Source: Candidatus Bathyarchaeota archaeon | GTDB taxonomy: Archaea; Thermoproteota; Bathyarchaeia; Hecatellales; Hecatellaceae | Assembly: GCA_052246995.1 (NCBI GenBank) | Contig: JBQPWD010000004.1 | Location: 64,001-128,000, forward strand | Direction of reading: 5' to 3' | DNA length: 64,000 bases | In this document: positions 19,544-29,305 of the stretch, piece by piece | Layout of the letters: each line of letters opens with the position of its first letter | Numbering within the stretch: the first letter of the stretch is position 1 | Made by a program: the position numbers and the translations under genes | The notes under the pieces: generated by a model | Database searches by the model: none | What the model was told of the DNA's origin: nothing | The model's input: the letters and a program-made list of their open reading frames with translations, nothing else

Positions 19544-20035
19544 ATGAGAGAAGCGGAAAAAGGAGGATTTACAGAGGATATGGTAAAAAATCTTTTAAGA
19601 GTTAGTAGCTTTGAATTTGTAGAAACTCGTGAAAAACCGTGTATTTTTAAGGTTAAAGGCGAGAGCATAGAGGAGGATTTGCAAAAAGTTTTAAATGAAG
19701 TATATAAAGTGATGGAAAAAACCAGTCAACCAGTATTATCAATTATAGGTGTTGACACTATTGCATCTTATTATGGGCCGGAAAAAGTACTGCGAGCTAT
19801 AAACATTGGAACACACATTGCACGGACAAACGATTCGTTAATTATGCTTATACTCAAACCAGGCTACCCTAATTTAGGTGATAACTTAAAAGCTTTAGCA
19901 GATGTTCACTTAAAGCTAGTTAGGGAACATGGAGTCCTGCTTCTTTACGGCATTAAACCTAGAAGAGGTTTACATGCAGTGGAGATGGATACATCTCAGG
20001 GTTATCCTTTAGCTAAGCTTACACCTATAACTTAA
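19544..20035 (+). CDS. C-terminal part of the degenerate second KaiC/GvpD-like P-loop domain
   Basis: IGVDT, ADVHLKL, YGIKP, GYP; +1-frame continuation of the previous ORF. Confidence 0.7.
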   Translation: MREAEKGGFTEDMVKNLLRVSSFEFVETREKPCIFKVKGESIEEDLQKVLNEVYKVMEKTSQPVLSIIGVDTIASYYGPEKVLRAINIGTHIARTNDSLIMLILKPGYPNLGDNLKALADVHLKLVREHGVLLLYGIKPRRGLHAVEMDTSQGYPLAKLTPIT

Positions 20036-20046
20036 AAATAAAAAGT

Positions 20047-20382
20047 TTGAGGGGGAGAAAGGCTTTGAAAAAGTTTGTTATGCTCAGCTTAGCTATAATT
20101 TTGCTAGGTATTTTTCTTTTGGGATTTACGTTTTACCTAGCTTATTCAGCTTTTGTTAATCCTGAAATTTTAAAAAGATTTAACATTCTTATACCGAGTG
20201 TAGATGTTGATCAACCATTTCATCAATTTAATGTCTTAATTGGCTATGCTGTTGCTTTTCTCCTTTTATGGGTTATGGGTAGTGTAGCCAGTAAAATGGT
20301 AAAATATGGTGTTAGTTTTTATAGGGCTTCTTCTCCTAAAAAAAGGAAGGAAAAAGAAAAGGAGAAAAAAGAGGAGGACTAA
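20047..20382 (+). CDS. Two-TM membrane protein
   Basis: Two hydrophobic segments and a charged tail; follows the KaiC gene. Confidence 0.65.
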   Translation: MRGRKALKKFVMLSLAIILLGIFLLGFTFYLAYSAFVNPEILKRFNILIPSVDVDQPFHQFNVLIGYAVAFLLLWVMGSVASKMVKYGVSFYRASSPKKRKEKEKEKKEED

Positions 20383-20948
20383 ATTAAAATGGAAAACTCT
20401 TTTTTAAGTTTTAACCAATCTTCTTCTAAAACTTTTTTCATCGAAGGCTTGTAAAGAGCTGTAGCTGGATGATAAAGTGGAACTATTTTTAGCTGGTTTA
20501 CATCAAAAATTTTTCCGCGAATTTTACCCATAGGATAAACTGGTAAACCATATTTTTTTAAGAAGAAGTTTGAGGCTACATTTCCAAGAGTGCAAACAAT
20601 TTTAGGTTGAATAAAGTTTAACTGTTTCTCAAGATAAAACATACACGCCTCAATCTCATCAGGTTTAGGTTCCCTGTTTCCAGGTGGACGACATTTTACA
20701 ACATTAGTTATATACACCATGTTTCGACTTATCCCTGCTAAAGATAACAATTTATCAAGAAATTTTCCAGCCTCACCAACAAAAGGTTTACCTTTTAAAT
20801 CCTCCCAGTATCCTGGAGCTTCACCAACAAGCATAATCCTACTTCCACTAAAACCTTCACCAAAAACAACATTTTTTCTTGTTTGACAAAGCCTACACCT
20901 AGTACAGTTTTTTACCTCCTCAATAAGTTTTAAAAATTCTTCCTCCAA
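20379..20948 (-). CDS. udg: Family 4 uracil-DNA glycosylase (4Fe-4S)
   Basis: CxxC.LC, VGEAPG, KCRPPGNR, YHPA. Confidence 0.95.
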   Translation of the reverse strand: MEEEFLKLIEEVKNCTRCRLCQTRKNVVFGEGFSGSRIMLVGEAPGYWEDLKGKPFVGEAGKFLDKLLSLAGISRNMVYITNVVKCRPPGNREPKPDEIEACMFYLEKQLNFIQPKIVCTLGNVASNFFLKKYGLPVYPMGKIRGKIFDVNQLKIVPLYHPATALYKPSMKKVLEEDWLKLKKEFSILI

Positions 20949-21273
20949 CTTTCTTCAGCCTAGCCCGCTTCCCTAAAAAATTCTTAAACCGTAGATTTAA
21001 CTTTACTTACCTGTACCAGGTTTACGTTTAACATGTACCTGTAAAACTCTTACAACCAACACCAGAAACGCCTTCTCAGCGTACAATTAGAGCTTTTTGT
21101 ACACTACAACCTTTTTGAGGAATAAAAATTTTTGAAAATTTTGAAACTGTATCAAAATTAGCCCTTTAGGTAAGCCTCTAGAAAATATTAAATCTAAAAA
21201 ATTATTTCATTAATAAAACGAGGACATAAAAAGGAAAAGCGGGGCGGAAACTTAGGAAAGGGTGAGCCAGTAA

Positions 21274-23700
21274 ATGAAAGAACCAAGAATTGGAGTTTTT
21301 GTTTGCAAATGTGGTGGAAACATTTCTAACTGGGTTGATGTTAATACTGTTGCGGATGATGCAAAAAAAGAAAAAAATGTTGTTTTTACAACTGTTGAAA
21401 CCTACGTATGTTCAGCACCATCTCAACAACTGATTCAAGAAAAGATTAAAGAATACAACCTTAACAGGGTTGTTGTAGCTGCCTGTAGCCCAAAACTTCA
21501 TGAAACAACCTTTAGAAGAACTATTCAGGAGGCAGGTTTAAACCCCTACTACCTTGAACATGTAAACATTAGGGAGCAATGCTCATGGAGCCATACAAAG
21601 GATGACATAAAAGAGAATACAAAAAAAGCTGCAGACCTTGTACGTGGAGGAATTTCTAGGGCAAGGTATCTTGAACCTTTAGAAGAGGGAAGAGAAAAAG
21701 CTTATAAATCGGTCCTTATTGTTGGAGGAGGAATTGCAGGCATATCCGCAGCCTTAACCCTTGCTGAGTTAAACTACCAAGTTTACATGGTTGAAAAAGA
21801 ACCAAGCATAGGCGGCCACATGGCTATGTTTGGAAGGGTTTTCCCAACGATGGATTGTGCTCAATGTATACTTACACCAAAAATGTCTGATTGTGCAACT
21901 AACCCAAACATTAAGCTTTACACCTATTCTGAAGTTCTTGAGGTAACAGGCTCTCCTGGAAACTTTCATGTTAAAGTTTTAATGAAACCAAGATACGTTG
22001 ACCCTGAAAAATGTACGGGTTGCGGAGCATGTGCAGAAAAGTGTCCATGGTTTAAGCCCTCAGAGTTTAACCTTGGCTTAAGTATGAGAAAAGCAATTTA
22101 TATACCGTTTCCTCAAGCAGTTCCAAACATTTACCTTATAGATCCTGAAGTTTGCGCGTACATTAAAACTGGAAAATGCGGGGTATGTCAAAAAGTTTGT
22201 CCTGCAGGTGCAATAAATTTTGATGACAAAGAAAAAATTGTTGAGTTTGATGTTGGAGCAATAATTGTTGCAACAGGTTACGACCTTATAAACATTGAGG
22301 AAAAATATCCTGAAATGGGTTATGGAAGATATCCTGAGGTTGTCACAGCGTTACACGTTGAAAGATTACTCTCCTCAACAGGTCCAACTGGCGGATACTT
22401 AAGAGTCCCAGGTGACCCTAAAAAGCCTAGCGAATGGAAAGAAGCAAAAAAGATAGCATATATTTCATGTGTAGGTTCAAGAGACCCGCATAGAGGTGTA
22501 CCCTATTGTAGTAAGATTTGCTGTATGTATACGCTTAAACAAGCAAAATTGATTAAGGAGCTTTTCCAAGATGTTGATGTTTGGTACTATTACATTGACA
22601 TTAGAGCTGCTGGAAGAGGGTACGAAGAGTTTTATGAAGAGGTGCAGAAGGCTGGGTTAAATCTTGTTAGAGGAAGAGGTGCAGAAGTTTACAAAGACAT
22701 GAGTAGTGGAAGGTTAATTGTTAGAGCGGAAAATACTTTTCTTGGAGAAGTTTTTGAAAACGATTTTGACATGGTTGTTCTATGTCCAGCGCTTATTCCT
22801 GGTAAATGGTTAGATATTGTTGTTCAAAAGTTAAAGCTTCCTACAAGTGTAGATGGCTTTGTGACCGAGAAACATCCAAAACTTGACCCTGTAAGCGCGT
22901 TAAAGGAAGGTGTGTATGCTTGTGGTTGTGCACTTGCACCAAAAGATATTAGAGAAAGCGTCTCTGAAGCGTGGGCTGCTGCAGCAAGAGTTGATGCATT
23001 TCTTGGTACTGGAGAGGTAAGAATAAAACCTGAAAAGGTTCAAGTAAACTTAGATTTGTGTAATGGTTGTGGTAAATGTGTTGAGATATGTCCGATTAAA
23101 GCAATAAAACTTGAAAATAGTAAAGCTGTAGTGGACGTTTATGCTTGTAATGGTTGTGGTGCATGTATCCCAGAATGTGAAGTTGGGGCATTAGACTTAA
23201 AACATTCAACAGAAAAACAGCTATATGCGCAAATTTATGGAGTTTTAAAGGAAAAAACAGATAAACCAGTAATTTTGGCCTTTCTGGATGATAGAACAGC
23301 CTATACAACAGCAGACTTACTAGGTTCTACAAGAGACTCCTATCCAACATCAATCCGAGTTATTCGGGTGCCATCTTCTGCAAGAGTTGGCTTAAAACAC
23401 ATTCTTTACGCTTTTGCTCATGGTGCAGACGGTGTACTTATGATTGATGGCGGTGAGGGTTCAGACTCTTACCCTGAGGTTGCAAAAATAACAGAAAAAA
23501 GACAACGTGGATATAAGGAGGATATAAGAAAATACGGGGTTGAGCCTTTACGTTTACGTTCTAGCAACGTATTTATTTCAGCTCCAAGATTTTTAGGCGA
23601 GGTCTTCAGGGTTTTTGCGAGCACAATAGAGCAAAAAGGGAAGCTTTCTGACCAAGTAAGGGAGAAAATTAAGGCAGAACTTAGGATAGAAGCAGTTTAA
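21274..23700 (+). CDS. hdrA: Heterodisulfide reductase subunit A fused to an MvhD-like domain
   Basis: GVFVCKCGGNI, GGGIAG, FPTMDC..C, two ferredoxin inserts, CVGSRD..YCSKICC, APKDI; C-terminal MvhD fold. Confidence 0.93.
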   Translation: MKEPRIGVFVCKCGGNISNWVDVNTVADDAKKEKNVVFTTVETYVCSAPSQQLIQEKIKEYNLNRVVVAACSPKLHETTFRRTIQEAGLNPYYLEHVNIREQCSWSHTKDDIKENTKKAADLVRGGISRARYLEPLEEGREKAYKSVLIVGGGIAGISAALTLAELNYQVYMVEKEPSIGGHMAMFGRVFPTMDCAQCILTPKMSDCATNPNIKLYTYSEVLEVTGSPGNFHVKVLMKPRYVDPEKCTGCGACAEKCPWFKPSEFNLGLSMRKAIYIPFPQAVPNIYLIDPEVCAYIKTGKCGVCQKVCPAGAINFDDKEKIVEFDVGAIIVATGYDLINIEEKYPEMGYGRYPEVVTALHVERLLSSTGPTGGYLRVPGDPKKPSEWKEAKKIAYISCVGSRDPHRGVPYCSKICCMYTLKQAKLIKELFQDVDVWYYYIDIRAAGRGYEEFYEEVQKAGLNLVRGRGAEVYKDMSSGRLIVRAENTFLGEVFENDFDMVVLCPALIPGKWLDIVVQKLKLPTSVDGFVTEKHPKLDPVSALKEGVYACGCALAPKDIRESVSEAWAAAARVDAFLGTGEVRIKPEKVQVNLDLCNGCGKCVEICPIKAIKLENSKAVVDVYACNGCGACIPECEVGALDLKHSTEKQLYAQIYGVLKEKTDKPVILAFLDDRTAYTTADLLGSTRDSYPTSIRVIRVPSSARVGLKHILYAFAHGADGVLMIDGGEGSDSYPEVAKITEKRQRGYKEDIRKYGVEPLRLRSSNVFISAPRFLGEVFRVFASTIEQKGKLSDQVREKIKAELRIEAV

Positions 23701-23868
23701 AGAATAAACTCTTATTTTTTAAATTTCAACCTTTTAATTAAAAACCCAAACCTATTAACGTCACTATGTTAGGATAAAAGATATTTTGTAGATTTTACTT
23801 AAGAAAATAATACTTTAAAAAACGTTACCAAAAACTTAAAAGCTGGAGAAGGGCTGTATAGCTTAAAC

Positions 23869-25020
23869 ATGTTTAACTTTTCTAAGGTTAATTTTTGCAA
23901 AGTATGCGGTAAAGGTAGGGTTGCAGAAATTTTAGGAGTATGCGTCAATTGCATCAGAAACAGGTTTGAAGATTCTTTACCACACATTTTAGAGGCGTGT
24001 AGGAAAAGTAGAGAAAGATACGGGTTACCTGTTAAACCACCAAAAACTGCTGGAGGAATACCATGTAACCTATGCTCAAACGAGTGTATTATTGGTGTAG
24101 GCGAAAAAGGTTTTTGCGGTATTAGGGAGAATGTTGACGGAAAACTTAAAACTCTTGCAAAACCAGATAAGGCATTACTCTACGTGTATCCAGATAAACA
24201 TCCAACAAATTGCTGTGCATCATGGTTTTGCCCTGCAGGTACTGGCTTAGGCTACCCGAAGTATGCCTACAAGGATGGTGTTGAACTTGGCTACTATAAT
24301 CTTGCAGTTTTCTTTTATGGTTGCAATTTTAACTGCCTTTTCTGTCAGAATTCGAGCCATAAAAATTTTATGGAGGGATTTACTGTTTCTGTTGATAATT
24401 TTGTTGAAAGGGTTTTAAGAAATCCACATTATAGCTGTATATGCTATTTTGGAGGTTCACCAGAGCCTCAACTACCTTTTGCTATTAAAGCATCAAAAAA
24501 GGTTTTAGAAGCTATTGGTGGTAAACGTATAATAAGGATATGTTTTGAGTGGAATGGTTGTGGAAACCCAAAACTTGTTCGTGAGGCTGCAGAGTTAGCT
24601 TTTATAAGTGGTGGAAATTTAAAGTTTGATCTTAAAACCTACAACGTAAATTTAAGCCTAGCTTTAAGCGGAGTTTCAAATGACAGAGCCTACAAAAATT
24701 TTGAGATGGTTGCAAAAGATTTTTACGAGAAACGTAAAGATGTACCCATACTTACAGCAACAACTTTACTTGTTCCATGGTACGTTGACCATGTTGAGGT
24801 TGAAAATATTGCAAAATTTATAGCTGAAATTAACCCTGAAATTCCATATTCCTTACTGGTTTTTCACCCTGAATTTATGATGAATGATTTGCCTATAACA
24901 CCTCCAGAGCAAGTTAAAAAGTGTTATGAGGCTGCAAAAAAGTACCTAAAAAATGTACATATTGGAAATCTTCATCTACTGGGGATTTATGATTCATTAT
25001 ACAGGCATGTACAAATCTAG
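23869..25020 (+). CDS. Radical SAM protein, PFL-activase-like, with N-terminal Cys clusters
   Basis: GCNFNCLFCQN, PTNCC, FGGSPEP, FHP motifs. Confidence 0.88.
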   Translation: MFNFSKVNFCKVCGKGRVAEILGVCVNCIRNRFEDSLPHILEACRKSRERYGLPVKPPKTAGGIPCNLCSNECIIGVGEKGFCGIRENVDGKLKTLAKPDKALLYVYPDKHPTNCCASWFCPAGTGLGYPKYAYKDGVELGYYNLAVFFYGCNFNCLFCQNSSHKNFMEGFTVSVDNFVERVLRNPHYSCICYFGGSPEPQLPFAIKASKKVLEAIGGKRIIRICFEWNGCGNPKLVREAAELAFISGGNLKFDLKTYNVNLSLALSGVSNDRAYKNFEMVAKDFYEKRKDVPILTATTLLVPWYVDHVEVENIAKFIAEINPEIPYSLLVFHPEFMMNDLPITPPEQVKKCYEAAKKYLKNVHIGNLHLLGIYDSLYRHVQI

Positions 25021-25034
25021 TTGGGGAAAGTAAG

Positions 25035-25634
25035 ATGGAGGAAAAACGTTATCCTACGGGGTTTTTATCTTTAAAGGTTATTCTTACTTTTATTACCTTA
25101 TGTTTCAGTTTTTCAGTTTTGTTAGGGTACCTTTATGGTGAAGAGGTTGCAAAGATTTTAGAGGAAGTTTTAAAGGAGATTTTTGGTGGAAAAGGCCCTG
25201 ATAAAATAAACCCTTTCTTTCTTATGTTTCTCATACTTGTGAATAATGCCTTTAAATGTTTGCTAGTAATACCTTTAGGTGTTCTTTTGGTAGTTCCACC
25301 GGTAGTGTTTATAATGTTTAACGGTTTTCTTCTTGGAGCCCTTACATGCCTATCAGTTGAGAAGCTTGGGGAGGCAGGATTCTTCTACATTCTTGTAGCA
25401 ATTACTCCCCACGGAATTTTTGAGATTCCGGCAGTATTCTTAAGTTCAGCTTTAAGTGTTAGGGTTGGTTTAACTGCTCTTCTAAAACTTAAAGGAGAAA
25501 ATGTTTCTATTGGAAGTGAGCTTAAAAAAGATTTGAAGGTATATCTTTATAAGATTTTACCGTTACTTGCTGTAGCAGCAGTTGTTGAGGCATTTATCAC
25601 ACCAGTTATAATCTCAACATTCTTTTCAACCTGA
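25035..25634 (+). CDS. SpoIIM (DUF95) membrane protein
   Basis: NN, NG, PHGIFEIPA, AA.VE..ITP. Confidence 0.88.
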   Translation: MEEKRYPTGFLSLKVILTFITLCFSFSVLLGYLYGEEVAKILEEVLKEIFGGKGPDKINPFFLMFLILVNNAFKCLLVIPLGVLLVVPPVVFIMFNGFLLGALTCLSVEKLGEAGFFYILVAITPHGIFEIPAVFLSSALSVRVGLTALLKLKGENVSIGSELKKDLKVYLYKILPLLAVAAVVEAFITPVIISTFFST

Positions 25635-25653
25635 AAATTTAAGTTTTTTACTC

Positions 25654-26259
25654 TCACGATGAAAAGTTTTGTTTTTTGGTGATATCAAAAGAAACCCTAT
25701 CTTCCTGTTTAATGTGGTAGTGAACCATTACCATAAGCCAAACTGTTATAAAAAGTAAAACTTCAACCTCCAATGCACCTACGGAGGGCCATGGAATGGT
25801 TAAAGACAGGATTATACTTAGCAGGGTTAACACTAATCCTGATAATCCATGTTTTTTAAACCCAGATGTTAACAGTGAGAGACTTACAACTAAACATGCA
25901 ATCAAAATTAAAACAAAAAATTCAACTGAAACAAGCAAGTGTGGGTAAGTACCTTCAGGATAGAATCCTATAAGGAAAAGGTTGGCTGAAGCTAGGGTTA
26001 GGAAAACCCCGCCAACACAACCAAGCCTGTTAAGAGTTTTAATGAGATACAAACTGTAAAGAAAAGCCAAGATTGAGGATAACATAAGCCCAAAATTGAA
26101 AATGTAGTTATCAGGCACGTTTAGTGCTCCTAAATCGCTTAAAGCATTTTTATCAAGCGAGAACCAGGGATGCAGGAAAACTGATAAGAGTATTGTAACC
26201 CAACCTATAACAATGGCAGCTACACCGGAAAATCTCAGTAAACTCCAAATCTGAACCAT
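25654..26259 (-). CDS. DUF998 membrane protein
   Basis: PWFS...NALSDLG, FN.GL, G.YPEG..PH. Confidence 0.8.
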   Translation of the reverse strand: MVQIWSLLRFSGVAAIVIGWVTILLSVFLHPWFSLDKNALSDLGALNVPDNYIFNFGLMLSSILAFLYSLYLIKTLNRLGCVGGVFLTLASANLFLIGFYPEGTYPHLLVSVEFFVLILIACLVVSLSLLTSGFKKHGLSGLVLTLLSIILSLTIPWPSVGALEVEVLLFITVWLMVMVHYHIKQEDRVSFDITKKQNFSS

Positions 26260-26481
26260 AAAACCACATCCAAATACTGTTAAAGTATTTAGTTAACAAT
26301 ACCATTATAGATGTCACAGTAAATTAAATGTTTACAAAACCGCTGACAACAGACTTATAAAGCTAAAGCCTAACTACCTAAGTTTACCCGTACAAACTAA
26401 AGCTTTTAATCTTACATTAGGTAAACTCTAAGGATAGAAAAACATAGTTATAACCTAGAGGATAAATAAAGAATATTTAAA

Positions 26482-26556
26482 GGGCCCGTGGCGCAGCATG
26501 GATAGCGCATCGGCCTTCTAAGCCGGGGGTCGCGGGTTCAAATCCCGCCGGGCCCG
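26482..26556 (+). tRNA. tRNA-Arg(TCT)
   Basis: GGGCCCG/CGGGCCC acceptor; TCGGC-CT-TCT-AA-GCCGG; CCA not encoded. Confidence 0.95.
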
Positions 26557-26635
26557 CTTATTTTTTAAGTGAAACCTTAAAAATAAGAGCATTAGAAACC
26601 TTTAGTTTTATAAATGACTGGGAAGTATAAAGTTA

Positions 26636-26995
26636 TTGGTGAACCATTTGATAATAGAGTTAATAAATATTGTGGCTGGGCTTATTCTTGCGATGGGAAT
26701 TCTGCCAAACATACCAGCCGTGGGCAAAAGCTTGGAAAAGGTTGCTAAATGGCTTGGAAGATTTCAGACGATTATTGGCATTATAGCCATAATATTTGGG
26801 ATTTGGTATTTTGGGTTGCAAGGAATAGTTGCAATTATAGCTGGGCTGATACTGATTTTGGGTCTTTTGCCGAGCATACCTGCAATAGGCAAAGACCTGG
26901 CCAAAGTTGTTAAGTGGCTTGGCAGCTTCCAAACAATAATTGGTATAATCGCCATAATACTTGGAATACTCGGAATAATTGGAATACTCGTCTAA
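26636..26995 (+). CDS. Membrane protein with a 55-aa internal duplication
   Basis: AGLIL..G.LP.IPA.GK.L.KV.KWLG.FQTIIGIIAII.GI occurs twice, 165-nt period. Confidence 0.75.
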   Translation: MVNHLIIELINIVAGLILAMGILPNIPAVGKSLEKVAKWLGRFQTIIGIIAIIFGIWYFGLQGIVAIIAGLILILGLLPSIPAIGKDLAKVVKWLGSFQTIIGIIAIILGILGIIGILV

Positions 26996-27131
26996 ACATC
27001 CAATTTTTATTTTTTCCGTAAATCACCAAACCCTAAGGATTTTGACTTTTATAGGTTAAACCGCCAATTAACAGAACCAAGTTAAAATAATAAACAATGA
27101 ACTTATCCAAAATGACTTACAACACTAGTCT

Positions 27132-27482
27132 TTGGTTAAGGAAATTTTTATCTCGCACCATTCTTTTTGCTCCACATACTGCTTAAATGATTTTGGACAA
27201 TTATTATTTATGATGAAGAAAGCATTTGTATGGGATCCTGTAATGAGATCCTCGGCGATGAAGTACGATCCTTGTGTAGTGTTTGATGGAAATATATGCA
27301 AAATAAAATGTGAAGATTGTAAGATTACTCTAATTGCTGATAGATTTTTGGGTGAAGAATTCCAGCGAGAAATACTTGGTTTGAAGGTTGTTCATGGAAT
27401 AAATCCAACTTACAATAGAGATAAATTGACAAAATTAAGATGCTTGTTGGGTATTAAGGCAATCCAATTTTACTATGACTAA
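27132..27482 (+). CDS. Hypothetical protein (start uncertain)
   Basis: Open frame with several Cys; no recognised motif. Confidence 0.4.
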   Translation: MVKEIFISHHSFCSTYCLNDFGQLLFMMKKAFVWDPVMRSSAMKYDPCVVFDGNICKIKCEDCKITLIADRFLGEEFQREILGLKVVHGINPTYNRDKLTKLRCLLGIKAIQFYYD

Positions 27483-27626
27483 ATTTTGATTTTTTCTGTT
27501 TTATTCATTTGTTGTAAACAATTTTTCTAACCCCTTTCTTTAACTAATTGCTTGAATTTTTTTAATGTTTGGATACCTACCAGCTATTCTACTTCTTCTA
27601 CTGTTAAAATTTTCCCTTGCAGTTTC

Positions 27627-28052
27627 TCATAATTTTTCCTTTGGCTTTATCGCGTATTTTTCTTCAGCTATTTTTTCCAGCTTTCTTACCTCAGTTCTTC
27701 TAAACCCTACATAGACTCCACCGATTTTTCCTCCAACCCATGTTCTTGTTTTTTCTCCTGATTTTAGCACTTTAGTTAAAGTTTGTGATTTAACCTTAAC
27801 CTTCAACCCGCCATTCATGTGAATCTCTAAGCCATCAGCAACTCCAACAATATTCAAAAATTTTCCTCCACCTTGAGGTAAAAGCCTACCTAAAGCTTCA
27901 TTTTCAATGTCTAAATGGGTTACCCTAGCTAAAGCATAACCCTTAACGTGAATGTAAATTAAGGCATTATCAAGATTTAACACCCTACCATCAGGGTAGG
28001 CTAGTAACACTTCACCAGGTATGTTAATTTTACCGTAAGCTGGGCCTGTCAA
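27627..28052 (-). CDS. Hypothetical protein
   Basis: LARVTHLDIE and TRTWVGGK.GG.YVGFR motifs; GGTG RBS; co-oriented with adh. Confidence 0.7.
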   Translation of the reverse strand: MTGPAYGKINIPGEVLLAYPDGRVLNLDNALIYIHVKGYALARVTHLDIENEALGRLLPQGGGKFLNIVGVADGLEIHMNGGLKVKVKSQTLTKVLKSGEKTRTWVGGKIGGVYVGFRRTEVRKLEKIAEEKYAIKPKEKL

Positions 28053-28100
28053 AAAAATGCACCAAAAAATTGAGTTGTTAGGGTTTATTAACGCTTTATT

Positions 28101-29135
28101 TCAAGGTACTAAAACAGCCCTACCTTCAATTTCCCCCTTTCTTAACGTTTCAAGAGCTTCATTAGCCTCCTCCAATTTAAACCTTCTAATAAACGATTTG
28201 ACCCTACCTTTTTTTGCTAAAACTATAATCTCTCGAAGTTCATTAATTCCTCCGTAAAAACTTCCAACAACCTCATACTCAAAGATTATTGTATCAAAAA
28301 CTGGTAAGGTAAATGTCTGACCTGAAAGACCAACAGGAACAAGCGTACCTCCCTTACAAAGCATACGTACACTTGTTGGAAGAGTTTCTGCACCAACAAA
28401 ATCTAAAACAACGTTTACACCTCTAAAACCAGTAATCTTTCCAACAACTTCCTCCAAAACGTTAACCTTTTTAGAATTTACCAGATAAGTTGCACCAAGT
28501 GAAGCCGCGATTTCAAGTTTTCTATCAGAAACATCCACAGCTACAACATTTGTTTCCGGCGTCAAAACCTTCAAAAACTGGATGGCATACTGACCTAAAC
28601 CTCCAACACCAACAACAGCAACAAAACTGTCAGGATAAAGTTTACCCAAAACCTTTTTAATTGCAGAATAGGGAGTTAAAGCTGCATCTGTAAGGGGTGC
28701 AGCTTCAACCGGGTCTAAACCGTCAATTTTAACTAAACCTCTATAAGTTTTATAGTAAACATACTCAGCATAACCACCATCCGCACCAACTAACCCCATC
28801 ATAACTGGGACATCACAAAGCTCAGACCGTCCACTACGACAATATCTACATGCCTCACAACTCCAACCACCAGGTACAACAACAGGATCCCCAATCTTAA
28901 AATCTACAACCTTATCTCCAACTTCAGCAACCCAGCCAGCATTTTCATGACCAGGGGTTATTGGAAGAGTTGTTGGAAGAATATTCCTCCAGTGACCTTC
29001 AACAAAATGAAGATCACTATGACAAACCCCTGCCCCACCAATTTTTATAAGAACCTCCTCACCTGAAACCTTAGGTACAGAAACGTCCACAAGCCTTAAT
29101 GGCTGTCCATACTCGTATAAACGCATAGCCCTCAA
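28101..29135 (-). CDS. adh: Zn-dependent NAD(P) alcohol dehydrogenase
   Basis: GVCHSD, GHE, CxxCxxC-x7-C, GVGGLG. Confidence 0.93.
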   Translation of the reverse strand: MRAMRLYEYGQPLRLVDVSVPKVSGEEVLIKIGGAGVCHSDLHFVEGHWRNILPTTLPITPGHENAGWVAEVGDKVVDFKIGDPVVVPGGWSCEACRYCRSGRSELCDVPVMMGLVGADGGYAEYVYYKTYRGLVKIDGLDPVEAAPLTDAALTPYSAIKKVLGKLYPDSFVAVVGVGGLGQYAIQFLKVLTPETNVVAVDVSDRKLEIAASLGATYLVNSKKVNVLEEVVGKITGFRGVNVVLDFVGAETLPTSVRMLCKGGTLVPVGLSGQTFTLPVFDTIIFEYEVVGSFYGGINELREIIVLAKKGRVKSFIRRFKLEEANEALETLRKGEIEGRAVLVP

Positions 29136-29305
29136 AAATAAAACACCCTAAACATTCCTCCACGTAGGGCTTATATAAACTCTATCAACGTTAAAGGGTA
29201 AAATTGGCTGAAAAGGTGGTGTAAAGGTTGATTAAGAATTGAAGAATCCAAAAAATTAAATTATTAAAGATTAAAAAGCAACATTCCTATGAAAAAAGGA
29301 GAATG

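Noticed and set aside
27525-27626. Possible minus-strand gene remnant (EKLQGKILTVEEVE*LVGIQTLKKFKQLVKERG)
   Set aside because: Too short and not assignable to any family.
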